NCBI GenBank assembly: GCA_035623825.1
Contig: DASPSR010000020.1
Span: forward strand, 1-64,000
From: Nitrospirota bacterium
GTDB lineage: Bacteria > Nitrospirota > UBA9217
Reading direction: 5' to 3'
DNA: 64,000 bases
Each line of letters opens with the position of its first letter. The first letter of the stretch is position 1. Of the stretch, positions 51,534 through 61,029 are shown piece by piece. The position numbers were made by a program, and so were the translations under genes. The notes beneath the pieces are model-generated. The model saw nothing but the letters and a program-made list of their open reading frames with translations, made no database searches and was not told the origin of the DNA.

Positions 51534-52343
51534 TTATTTTGCCCATTTCCCACGACAGATTATATATGGTGACATCATTTTGCTTGACGGCATGCTCCCA
51601 ATAACTTCTTCAATTTGCCATACCATCATGGATGTAAAACTCAAAGCGCGACAAAAGAACATTTTTATTCTAGTGACTGTCCGCATCCTGCTAAGTCCAT
51701 CCATGTTCAATACGCCGAAATTTGTTGATAAAAAATAATCGCATGTGAGTGCTGTCAAGTCAGCTGCATGATGGGCTTCTCTTAACATGTTCATATCGAG
51801 GGGTTCATGCTTATCATAAATCGATTTGTTGAGTTTTTTTTGCAACAGCCCCACTAAACCAGCCAAATTAGGTATTACGGTTATCATTAATCCGCCGGGG
51901 CTTAAGTAGCTAGTATAAGCATTTATGCAATCGAAGGTATTTTTAAAATGCTCCACAACACCGAAGGAGACGACCACATCGTAAGCATGTAGCATGTGCG
52001 CGGGAGGATTGAAAAAATCCATGTTCATGACTTCACCTGAGACACCCGCATGAGATAGGATTTCTCTTGCCTTAACACATCCTATCTCCGAATAATCGAT
52101 GCCGGAGACGACAAAACCGAATTCTTTGGCAAAATAGGGCAGCCATTGAGACCTCGCGCAGCCTATTTCCAAGATTTTTTTCCCCTTTGTTGTCATTCCC
52201 GAAAATGCATTTTGAAAATATTCATGAAATTGCCGGTTAATGTGATTGTTTAACCCCGGCAAACGGGGATCGACCGCAGATAGTACTTCTCTGTTTTCCC
52301 ATGTCCGATCCCAATAGGTTTTTCCTGCTTTATCTTGATTCAT
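51534..52343 (-). CDS. Class I SAM-dependent methyltransferase
   Basis: LEIGCA, GIDYSE, SFGVVEHF, LSPGG motifs. Confidence 0.88.
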   Translation of the reverse strand: MNQDKAGKTYWDRTWENREVLSAVDPRLPGLNNHINRQFHEYFQNAFSGMTTKGKKILEIGCARSQWLPYFAKEFGFVVSGIDYSEIGCVKAREILSHAGVSGEVMNMDFFNPPAHMLHAYDVVVSFGVVEHFKNTFDCINAYTSYLSPGGLMITVIPNLAGLVGLLQKKLNKSIYDKHEPLDMNMLREAHHAADLTALTCDYFLSTNFGVLNMDGLSRMRTVTRIKMFFCRALSFTSMMVWQIEEVIGSMPSSKMMSPYIICRGKWAK

Positions 52344-53701
52344 AGTAATTCAGTGGCAGCTTTTTTCATTAATCTCTTAAGCATGTGGCTAAGGTAACAG
52401 AATGAAACGAAATAGACGATAGAAGTCGAAAGGGCTATACCGCTGACCCCCATCCACTTTATGAATACATAATTCATGACAATATTTATCACAATGCTAA
52501 TAACAGCACCCCACATTAATAGGTTATTGGCTTTAAATGCTGAAATCAGACGCACAATGAGAATACCCGATATGTAAAATGGCATCTGAATGGCAAAGAG
52601 GGCCTGGATACGACCTACCAAGTTAGTATCCTGTACAGTAAAAGAACCGCGTTGGAACAGAATCCTTACGATAGGTTCAGACATCACGACCAGAAGGATG
52701 GTCAAAGGAATTGTGACGGCAAATATTAATCTCGAAAACTTTTTCAAGGTATGGTGAATCCCGCCCCAATTCCTATTAACGACCATGATCGAAAAATATG
52801 GTATAACCGCGGTTCCTAATGCAGCTGCCGCAAGATTCAGCGGAAATCCTATGGCTTTGTTTCCATAATTAAGGGCTGCTACACTGCCAGGTCCCAATGA
52901 TGCTGCCATCCCTTGATTGATGGGACCGGTACTGCCCAATAGAAATGCCCCTGTTATCATTGGGAGATATTGCCCTGCCACTTCTCTCAAATGAGGATCC
53001 ATGCCATGCCATTTCGGCCACAGTGAGATGCCTTGACGATTTAATACGATGCCGAGTAGCGTTGTTTCTATAATTATTCCACAGACGGTTCCTAAGGCCA
53101 GAGCAGAAATACCCCATGATTTTCCGAGCAATAAAAATAAGATGATTACAAATGGTGTAATCACCGGAGTGACGGCGACAAGTGCAAATTGTTCACTAGC
53201 ATTAAGAACTGCGCCCCAGATCGTATTGACTCCGTATATTACTACGACCGGAGAAATAACATAGAACAATTTGAGGGTAAATGTCAGCTTCTGCGAATTG
53301 AAACCTGTCGCAATAATAGGCATGAAATAAGGCGCCGAAATGGCCATAATGACAGTGGCCGCAACCAGCAGACTGAGACTCCAAATCATCACGTTTGAAA
53401 AAAGGCGGTTTGCTGCATTTCTTCCTTCCTCTTCCTTCACACGAATATAGGTAGGAATAAGTGCCGCATTAAAAGAGCCTCCGATCACATTTATGGCAAA
53501 CATCGGTATAATAAATGCTACAAGGAAAGCATCAAGAGAGTCGGCAGTACCGAAAGATGCGGCAATAATAATTTCCTTGGCCATAGTGATCAGTTTAGCG
53601 CCAAAGCTAAGGGACAGAATTACTATGGTTGCGCTTAGGATCTTTCGATTAGTGCTCTGGCGTGCCCAGTCTGTCCATTGCTTAATAAGTTCCATAAACA
53701 C
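52340..53701 (-). CDS. MurJ/MviN-family flippase within the glycan cluster
   Basis: AASFGTADSLDAFLVAF, GSVAALNYG, LFQRGSF, GIALSTS motifs. Confidence 0.85.
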   Translation of the reverse strand: MFMELIKQWTDWARQSTNRKILSATIVILSLSFGAKLITMAKEIIIAASFGTADSLDAFLVAFIIPMFAINVIGGSFNAALIPTYIRVKEEEGRNAANRLFSNVMIWSLSLLVAATVIMAISAPYFMPIIATGFNSQKLTFTLKLFYVISPVVVIYGVNTIWGAVLNASEQFALVAVTPVITPFVIILFLLLGKSWGISALALGTVCGIIIETTLLGIVLNRQGISLWPKWHGMDPHLREVAGQYLPMITGAFLLGSTGPINQGMAASLGPGSVAALNYGNKAIGFPLNLAAAALGTAVIPYFSIMVVNRNWGGIHHTLKKFSRLIFAVTIPLTILLVVMSEPIVRILFQRGSFTVQDTNLVGRIQALFAIQMPFYISGILIVRLISAFKANNLLMWGAVISIVINIVMNYVFIKWMGVSGIALSTSIVYFVSFCYLSHMLKRLMKKAATELL

Positions 53702-53721
53702 TACCCATAGCGTTCATCATT

Positions 53722-54774
53722 TTACCTGATATTCCTTATATACCATTCCAGCGCTTCATCTAAGCCCTGCTGTACGGTGTGTGTCGGTTCATATCCCAGT
53801 AGTTTCACTGCCTTGTCGATGTTCGCTTGTGAATGTTTTACGTCTCCGGGGCGAAAATCGCGATAAATAGGCATAAACTTCATTAAATGATTATATTTCT
53901 TTTCGAGTTTGGACCGCAACATTTCAAACAATTCATTCAGATTGGTGCGTGCATTCACCGCGGTATTGTAAACCGTGTTTATCGCCGCTGGATTATCCTG
54001 TGTCGCCGCAAGCAGATTTATTTGTATAACATTTTCGATATAGCAAAAGTCTCGACTAGTTTCTCCAGTCCCGTTGATGTAAACAGGTTCATTTTTTATC
54101 ATGCTTGCAATCCATTTTGGTATCACAGCTGCATAAGCTCCTTCGGGATCTTGACGAGGTCCGAATACGTTGAAGTAACGAAGCCCGATTGTTTCGAGAC
54201 CGTAACATCGTGAGAATACATCTGCATAAAGCTCATTTACATATTTCGTCACAGCATACGGTGATAGTGGCTTACCGATTTTATCTTCTACTTTGGGGAG
54301 TCCGGGATGATCACCGTACGTTGAACTGCTTGCAGCATAGACAACCCGTCTCACGCGGTTGTCGCGCGCTGCTACCAGCACATTTAGCGTCCCCGTGATA
54401 TTATTTTCATTTGTATTGATCGGGTCCTCGAGAGACCGGGGCACAGATCCCAGAGCCGCTTCATGAAGAACATAATCGACGTTTCTACATGCCTGTTGGC
54501 AAATTGTTAAATCACGGATGTCCCCGTTGATAAATATAAACCTGGACCATTGCTTTCCATTTACAAGTGATTTTACCTCAGATACGTTTTTTTCTTTTCC
54601 TGTAATAAAATTGTCTACTCCCACGACGATCTGGTCAAGTTTCAAGAGATGCTCAAGCAGATTCGATCCGATGAACCCCGCTACTCCTGTAATGAGCCAG
54701 TGTTTCTGATCACTTTGTAATTTTTTCCTTACTGCAATATATGCTGGATTTGGATTATCGTCCCTGGCTGTCAT
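53722..54774 (-). CDS. wbpP: UDP-N-acetylglucosamine 4-epimerase (WbpP/TviC)
   Basis: [42 protein letters not shown] motifs. Confidence 0.93.
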   Translation of the reverse strand: MTARDDNPNPAYIAVRKKLQSDQKHWLITGVAGFIGSNLLEHLLKLDQIVVGVDNFITGKEKNVSEVKSLVNGKQWSRFIFINGDIRDLTICQQACRNVDYVLHEAALGSVPRSLEDPINTNENNITGTLNVLVAARDNRVRRVVYAASSSTYGDHPGLPKVEDKIGKPLSPYAVTKYVNELYADVFSRCYGLETIGLRYFNVFGPRQDPEGAYAAVIPKWIASMIKNEPVYINGTGETSRDFCYIENVIQINLLAATQDNPAAINTVYNTAVNARTNLNELFEMLRSKLEKKYNHLMKFMPIYRDFRPGDVKHSQANIDKAVKLLGYEPTHTVQQGLDEALEWYIRNIR

Positions 54775-54906
54775 TATGACCTCATACAGTGTCCGTATTC
54801 CTTCCCTATAGAACCATATGTTACGTTTTTTGCCTGTATGACACAGTTAATTTATTTTTCAATTATATATTAATGAGAAAATAAATAAAATAACCAATTG
54901 ACATTG

Positions 54907-54935
54907 TTGACATTCTTTCTATCTAGGTTTATATT
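54907..54935 (+). promoter_or_regulatory. Sigma-70 promoter upstream of the acyltransferase cassette
   Basis: TTGACA-17 bp-TATATT. Confidence 0.65.
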
Positions 54936-54962
54936 CATTACACAATCAATCAATAGTTACTT

Positions 54963-55024
54963 GTATCGTCGGACGCTGCGGTCTTTTTGTATGACAACCG
55001 GCTCCGCTTAATCACGGGTCGGGT
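54963..55024 (+). mobile_element. Eroded integron attC site, upstream
   Basis: Imperfect hairpin CGGACGCTGCGGTC...GACAACCGGCTCCG, then L'-like GCTTAAT, 5 bp, R'-like GTCGGGT. Left end not recognisable. Confidence 0.5.
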
Positions 55025-55072
55025 GACACAACAATCGCCCGTTTTACCCACGAAAACTGAACATAGGATTGT

Positions 55073-56224
55073 ATGAGATCTTCCTCTGGTGTCCATTTCA
55101 TTGCCTTAGATCACGTCAGAGCTTTGGCCGCTTTCATGATCTTTACGTGGCACTTTACTCATGCCTTTAGTGACAATCCAGTTCCTGTCAACTATATTAC
55201 GGCACTATTCCCTTTCTCACTCCTCGCTGCTGGCCACACTGGCGTAGCCCTCTTTATGACCCTTAGTGGTTACTTGTTTGCAAAGCTACTAGACGGAAAA
55301 ACCATTGACTACAGGGCTTTTATTTGGAACCGGGTCCTGCGCCTGTTCCCACTTCTTGTGGTTGTAATCCTCATAGTCGGCGCCAAGAATGTTATTACTG
55401 GCCAGACTCTTTACTCTTATGCTTGCTCCATTGCGAAAGGCGTCATACTTCCAACCCTTCCCAATGGGGCATGGTCAATTACGATCGAGTTTCATTACTA
55501 TATAGTTCTCCCGATGTTTCTGTGGATGTTCAGAAAATCAAAAATGCTTCCCATTTCAATAATTATTGCAGCTATTGCACTACGCTTATTTATTTATCAT
55601 GAGAAAGGAGAAATCCAGTCACTTGCTTACTGGACAATTATTGGTCGAATAGATCAGTTTGCAATTGGCATGATTATATATCAATTCCGCGTTTTCTTTA
55701 CCCGCCGTCATGTCCTTGCCATTACGGTAATCATTGGATTCTCTGCATTCTACTGGTATTTCAATCTTATCGGAGGATTCTATCAGAACCCTTCCTACCC
55801 GTCGCCTAGCCCTCTCTGGCTGATTCTCCCGACAATCGAAGGAATAGCCTACGCCGTTGGCATCGCTTGGTATGAAAGTTCCTTCTTCCACTCAACGACC
55901 GGACTTTCTAGATTTATAGGCCGTATAGGAGAGTTTTCGTACTCCATTTATCTTCTCCACTGGTTTGTCGTCATTCAGGCTGCCAGATTCGTGCAAGAGC
56001 GAATTATGAACATATCCAATTTCTACTTAGCGTGCTTTTGGTCGACTGTCTTCTTCCTTTTGATGATACCAGCTGGGTATCTCAGCTTTCGTTTCATTGA
56101 AACCCCTTTCCTCAGGCTAAGAAAGCGCTACATCATTGTGCCACACAATAGTGCGGAGACAGTATGTCATGAAGCCCATCAAAGCGCCCCAACGGACGCT
56201 CTAAAGCGTGCCGCCGAACTTTGA
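55073..56224 (+). CDS. Acyltransferase-3 family O-acyltransferase (OafA-like)
   Basis: LDHVRALA, GVALFMTLSGY, NRVLRLFP, WSITIEFHYY, SYSIYLLH motifs; multi-TM. Confidence 0.92.
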   Translation: MRSSSGVHFIALDHVRALAAFMIFTWHFTHAFSDNPVPVNYITALFPFSLLAAGHTGVALFMTLSGYLFAKLLDGKTIDYRAFIWNRVLRLFPLLVVVILIVGAKNVITGQTLYSYACSIAKGVILPTLPNGAWSITIEFHYYIVLPMFLWMFRKSKMLPISIIIAAIALRLFIYHEKGEIQSLAYWTIIGRIDQFAIGMIIYQFRVFFTRRHVLAITVIIGFSAFYWYFNLIGGFYQNPSYPSPSPLWLILPTIEGIAYAVGIAWYESSFFHSTTGLSRFIGRIGEFSYSIYLLHWFVVIQAARFVQERIMNISNFYLACFWSTVFFLLMIPAGYLSFRFIETPFLRLRKRYIIVPHNSAETVCHEAHQSAPTDALKRAAEL

Positions 56225-56232
56225 CATTCTAT
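56174..56232 (+). mobile_element. Degenerate integron attC site (59-base element)
   Basis: GCCCATC-AAAGC-GCCCCAAC-GGACGCTCTAAAGCGTGCC-GCCGAAC-TTTGAC-ATTCTAT: R''/5/L''/hairpin/L'/6/R' layout, 59 bp in total. Confidence 0.7.
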
Positions 56233-56254
56233 GCCCATCGTTGAATCCGGAACT

Positions 56255-56866
56255 AAGTATGATACCGTAACAGCATGCGAATAATCAGCATAGAGTTCAC
56301 CGATATATTTTGTGGCAGCATAAGGAGCAAGAGGGACCAATCTCATCTCCTAACTTCGGCAGCCCCGGATTAGCTTCATAGTTGAACTGCTTGTCGTACA
56401 GACTATTCGTTTTATATTGGCGTTGCCTGCAGCGGGGAAAATATTCAGAGTACCAGTAATGTTGTTCTCGTAAGTATTTTTGGGGTCTTTCAGAGAGTTC
56501 GGGACAGATTCTATGTCTGCCTCGTGAAGTGCAAAATCTACAACTTTGTATGCTTCCGGGTAAAGTGGTACGATTGCCATATCACATTCCATAAATGTGA
56601 ATTGGGAGCACCGCCAGACATACCAAGACAGCTTACTTCTCCTAGATTTTTCCTCTTTCCAACTAAAAAATTATCAAGCCCGACCACTTCTTGGTCGAGC
56701 TTTAAGAGATTTTCGAGATATTAGAACCTGTGAAACCACCAATCCCCGGCTATGAGCCAACATCTTGGGTTTTATACAGCTATTTTTTAGTTTCAGCTCT
56801 TTTGATCAGTCATATTAATAGTGGTATATTGCTGTTAAGCTCATCCTCACCTTTATTAGAATCCAT
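56255..56866 (-). pseudogene. Frameshifted, truncated wbpP-like epimerase pseudogene
   Basis: Fragments across frames: [80 protein letters not shown]; colinear with the N-terminal half of 53722-54774. Confidence 0.9.
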
Positions 56867-56869
56867 TAT

Positions 56870-58513
56870 TTATTCCTCAATGCGCCCTTTTTCTTTTAAT
56901 GATTCCTTTATCCTTCTAATATGTCCTCTGCCCATGCCTTTTACTTCACAACCCAGCTCAAGATATCGTCTTATTTTTTGATCATCCAGAATGCCGAAGC
57001 AATCTATCACCGCGATCGGCTTGCCAGCCAATCGAACTATTTCGTCCGGATTGAAAACAATATATTCCTTGTGTTTGACGGCGAATACTAACGCATCAAT
57101 GCCATTAAGACATCCTCTTATATCTTTATTTACCTCTAGCTCTTTCAGTTTCTTCTGGTTTCTAAAAAAAACTCTCTTGCTGCTGTCAGGATATACTTCT
57201 TGGTTCTTAAATTCCCACCAATGATCTACATAAGGGTCGTGCACGCGGATTTCAGCCCCCATTTCAGCAAGTTTCCGCACAAGAATCTCGGAGCCGCTGT
57301 ATCGGGTGTCGCCGACATCTTCACGATATGACGCTCCGAGAATTAATATCTCTGCCCCGGCAATGGGAACATTCATATTACGCAAGGCATCTCGCACCAG
57401 TTGTGCGCTATGAAGGGGGCGCGTATCGTTGATATCTATGGCTCTTGGCGTTATTCGGAATATATCGTCTTCGAAGCCAAGAATGTGTTTATACGCCCAT
57501 ATCCCCAAGGCACCGTCTTTTGGTAGGCAATAACCCCCGATGCCGGGTCCTGGGAACATCAGGTTGCTATGTGTAGGCCTGGTTCTGATAGCATTTATCA
57601 CTTTGATGATATCCACGCCGTTCCTTTCAGCAAAAAGGCTCCATTCGTCCATAAAAGCGAGAATGGCGGCACGATAACTGTTCTCCACGATTTTAGCAGT
57701 CTCAGATTCTACCGGACGGTCGAGAACCGTGAGCGGATATTTGGTTGTGTTGATAATCTCGTTTAAAAATTTAACCACTTTCTGCTTTGCCAGTTCATTG
57801 ACCCCACTGCAGACTCGCCAGAAATCACGTATCGATGAAACATATTCTTTGCCGGGCATTACGCGCTCATAACTATGAGCAAGGAGAGGGTCTGATTTGA
57901 TTCCACGTCTAGTAAATATTTTTTTCATGATGGGAAAAGCTACCTGCTCGGTAGTCCCCGGGGCAACCGTCGTCTCGATCAAAATGAGTGTTTCAGGATT
58001 GACCTTGTTTGCAATTATTTCAAAAGCTTCTTCAAGGGCTCCCATATCGACATGGCCGTTTCTGACATTTCCAAGCTCATTTTTGGTATAGTTGCACTGT
58101 ACGTCAATGACCACGACATCTGCAAGTGTGAGGACATCATAGGTGTATGTCGCGGTCAATGTCTTTTTTTCCTTCACGCACCGATTGATCAAAGGAACAA
58201 CCTCCGGGTCTTCGGCCTTTATAGGAGATAATCCTTGATTCAACATCGGGATCTTCCAATAACTTCGGACACTGGGGCGCTGCATGCCGATCACGAATTT
58301 GCGGGGTTTGCCATCCTTATCTGCGCTGTCAGCCACAATTGCAGCCATAACTGCGCCAACAAATCCCACACCGATGACGACGACGATTTCCTGACCGTTT
58401 TTTCGAGCGGCAGCAGACAACGCTTCTACTCTTTTGAATTCTGCAGCGTAATCATCTTTTCTAGGCAAGGGATACTGAACGCCTTCCGGGCTGAGTGAGA
58501 CAAATTCTCGCAT
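56870..58513 (-). CDS. Nucleotide-sugar dehydrogenase (UDP-GlcNAc/GDP-mannose dehydrogenase family)
   Basis: GVGFVG, ETTVAPGTT, ERVMPG, AKIVENSYR, GPGIGGYCLPKD motifs. Confidence 0.92.
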   Translation of the reverse strand: MREFVSLSPEGVQYPLPRKDDYAAEFKRVEALSAAARKNGQEIVVVIGVGFVGAVMAAIVADSADKDGKPRKFVIGMQRPSVRSYWKIPMLNQGLSPIKAEDPEVVPLINRCVKEKKTLTATYTYDVLTLADVVVIDVQCNYTKNELGNVRNGHVDMGALEEAFEIIANKVNPETLILIETTVAPGTTEQVAFPIMKKIFTRRGIKSDPLLAHSYERVMPGKEYVSSIRDFWRVCSGVNELAKQKVVKFLNEIINTTKYPLTVLDRPVESETAKIVENSYRAAILAFMDEWSLFAERNGVDIIKVINAIRTRPTHSNLMFPGPGIGGYCLPKDGALGIWAYKHILGFEDDIFRITPRAIDINDTRPLHSAQLVRDALRNMNVPIAGAEILILGASYREDVGDTRYSGSEILVRKLAEMGAEIRVHDPYVDHWWEFKNQEVYPDSSKRVFFRNQKKLKELEVNKDIRGCLNGIDALVFAVKHKEYIVFNPDEIVRLAGKPIAVIDCFGILDDQKIRRYLELGCEVKGMGRGHIRRIKESLKEKGRIEE

Positions 58514-58543
58514 TTTTACCTCGTAAGAAAACAATGACCCCTG

Positions 58544-59383
58544 TCAGACTAACCGCGTCTCCTTAAACCTTTTCAAACGATATTGAAGAACAACCAGAAA
58601 TATTCCAAGGAAAACAGATATGAACCCTGCGAAGACAATATTCAGTCCAATTTTCGGTTTAACCGGCCGATTCTGTATATATGGTTGGTCTGCTATTTTT
58701 ATACCGCCTTCATTAAGCCGTTGAAGACGCTGATCAACTACCAGTTTAGCAAGTTTTATGTCCACTATTCCTTTATTGAGGTCCAAAGGGTTAAAGCCGA
58801 CCACTGAAAGTTTGCCTTCATTGAGTAGCTCACGATAGTTGTTAGATAATTTTTCCGAGAAATTGATAACACTGGAGAGTTCGTTAGATCTCTTTAATAG
58901 CTTTTCTCTTTCTTCCCTCACGATCACCTTCACAATGTCAAAGTTGTTTATGTAATCCACAATCTCTGACAATGCTTTACCTATGAGATTCGCATTTTTT
59001 GCCTCAATCGTAACGAAAAGTTTATCCTTTGAATCTTTGATTGCTCTTAATTTGAGATCTGTTACCGATTCATAGGTTGTCGGAAATATCTTTGTCATTT
59101 TTCCCCTATCGATATTCCCTATCATATCAACTATCTCTTTCGGCTGAAGTATTCCTCTTGACTGAACCAACTCTTTCCCAGAAGCCTCTTCTATTTCTTG
59201 TAGCTGAAATATATTCAGGACAACCTCACCTCTGTAGATCTTCGGCATACGAAGGCTAATGATAACCGTCGAAAAGACTGCGACAGCAAGTAGAACTATT
59301 ATGATCATCTTTCCGTCAACGATTACCTTCCAGAGATTATAAAGGTTATTCTCGTCGTAAGATTCCTTAATCTGCTGTCTCAT
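58544..59383 (-). CDS. wzz: Chain-length determinant (Wzz-like)
   Basis: N- and C-terminal TM helices, central coiled coil, Pro-rich PVKPK before the second TM. Confidence 0.8.
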   Translation of the reverse strand: MRQQIKESYDENNLYNLWKVIVDGKMIIIVLLAVAVFSTVIISLRMPKIYRGEVVLNIFQLQEIEEASGKELVQSRGILQPKEIVDMIGNIDRGKMTKIFPTTYESVTDLKLRAIKDSKDKLFVTIEAKNANLIGKALSEIVDYINNFDIVKVIVREEREKLLKRSNELSSVINFSEKLSNNYRELLNEGKLSVVGFNPLDLNKGIVDIKLAKLVVDQRLQRLNEGGIKIADQPYIQNRPVKPKIGLNIVFAGFISVFLGIFLVVLQYRLKRFKETRLV

Positions 59384-59413
59384 AATCTGTCCTTTCAGTT
59401 TAGAATGAAACTG

Positions 59414-59442
59414 AATTTATTATATATGAAATCAGATGTCAA
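59414..59442 (-). promoter_or_regulatory. Sigma-70 promoter of the wzz-led operon
   Basis: TTGACA-17 bp-TAAATT. Confidence 0.55.
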
Positions 59443-59544
59443 GGCTTTTAATGATTTGTCATCAGACTTGCTGTAGTTTTTATCATTATTTGAAGCATAG
59501 ACAGGAAATGTAGATCCTACCGGACTTAAATGTGTGATTTTTAT

Positions 59545-60807
59545 TCATTCTTGGACGATTACGTTCTCTGATTTTCTCATGGCACCAAAAGGTCCGATTA
59601 GTCCTATAGTAAAACAAGAGGCGGTCAAAAATCTATCGAAATCGACATGATCATCAGTCAGGCCACCGACCATAGCAAGTGTCGTTATGAGAATGATGAT
59701 ATAGCCACCTATTGCATTATGATCTTTAATGAGCTTCACCCCCCATCTTATCAAGGATATTAAAAACAACAACAGGACTGCTATGCCAATTATCCCTCGC
59801 GTTGCCAATACCTGCAAATAGATATTATGCGCATGATGTGTGTCCGTAGGCTGTTTCAATCTGTTCTCCGATATAAGGTTATTGATGGTAGGCTGAAAAT
59901 CACCCAGACCGATGCCTAAAAATGGACGTTCCTTGAACATTAAGAGAGCGCCCTTCCACAACTCTATGCGGGTGCCAGTACTGCCTGATACGTCTTCTGT
60001 ATAAACCGAGGTAACTATTGAAATCATTCTTTGTCGCAAGATGTTGCTGCCCGAAATAAATATCGCGCATATCATGAGACTGAGAAATAAAAAAATCAAT
60101 GTCTTGCGGCGGTCGTGAAGAAACAACGTTATTATGCACGATGCAAATAGAGCAACCCAGATACTTCGTGATTGTGACAGGATGACGCCGCCCAAGGTCA
60201 ATATTGAAACACCCATGATAAAAGAGATACCTTTCCTGGACATGATAACTGTCTTCGGCAAAAAGAGCATGACGATAGCAGAACTGCACGCAATAGACAG
60301 TGGACCGGCATAAAGATTCGGATTCCTTGAAAATCCATCAGGCCTGACAGACTCCATGTGCATGAGGCCGAAATACTGCGATATCCCAATTAACCCTGCC
60401 ACAGCCGCAGCGAGAAAGAAGACAGAGATAATGTATTTTCTATAACGATCACCAATCGGTGCGGTGAAGAGCAACCCCCCCAAAAAGATGCATCTGTACT
60501 GTTTTAATAGAACGAATGCGAAATGCCGATCTACGGACATGAAAGCGCTCACCGCCGACAAGGCTATAAAGAGGAGTGAAGCAATAAATACCTGCCTCGG
60601 TATGGGATTATGAGGATGATACTTGACGATGCATCTCCATGCCAAGAGTGCCGCAAGGCTCACAAGATCGAAAGCTTTGAAAGGTCCAACATCCTTCCAT
60701 CCAACAAAAATGGTTATCCCCAGGCCACTCAGGCTGATGACCAATAATTTTTCAATGATTCTGCTGGCCTTATCTTGCCACCGTTCGAATGATGTCATTT
60801 TATACAT
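59545..60807 (-). CDS. O-antigen ligase (WaaL-like)
   Basis: Multi-TM; SQSRSIW, STGTRIELW, PFLGIG, HAHNIYLQ motifs. Confidence 0.85.
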   Translation of the reverse strand: MYKMTSFERWQDKASRIIEKLLVISLSGLGITIFVGWKDVGPFKAFDLVSLAALLAWRCIVKYHPHNPIPRQVFIASLLFIALSAVSAFMSVDRHFAFVLLKQYRCIFLGGLLFTAPIGDRYRKYIISVFFLAAAVAGLIGISQYFGLMHMESVRPDGFSRNPNLYAGPLSIACSSAIVMLFLPKTVIMSRKGISFIMGVSILTLGGVILSQSRSIWVALFASCIITLFLHDRRKTLIFLFLSLMICAIFISGSNILRQRMISIVTSVYTEDVSGSTGTRIELWKGALLMFKERPFLGIGLGDFQPTINNLISENRLKQPTDTHHAHNIYLQVLATRGIIGIAVLLLFLISLIRWGVKLIKDHNAIGGYIIILITTLAMVGGLTDDHVDFDRFLTASCFTIGLIGPFGAMRKSENVIVQE

Positions 60808-61029
60808 CTTCTTATGCCAATCTCAAAAGTCTTCCGCGCCCACTTTTATATGCACAACGTATTTCTCGCATATTCCATAATCCTGATGATAGCAGTGTTA
60901 CTTCAGACAATAATGGTAGTTCGATTGATGCGTAGTATTGCGCAATTAATCCGCGTTGCGACGCCACAAATCTGCGGTTGTAATTGTCATGATTTCTTCA
61001 GCCAACGTTAAATTCGCTTGATACTTCCG

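Noticed and set aside
60814-61011. 65-aa plus-strand ORF
   Set aside because: Antisense to the gene run, with no SD or motif.
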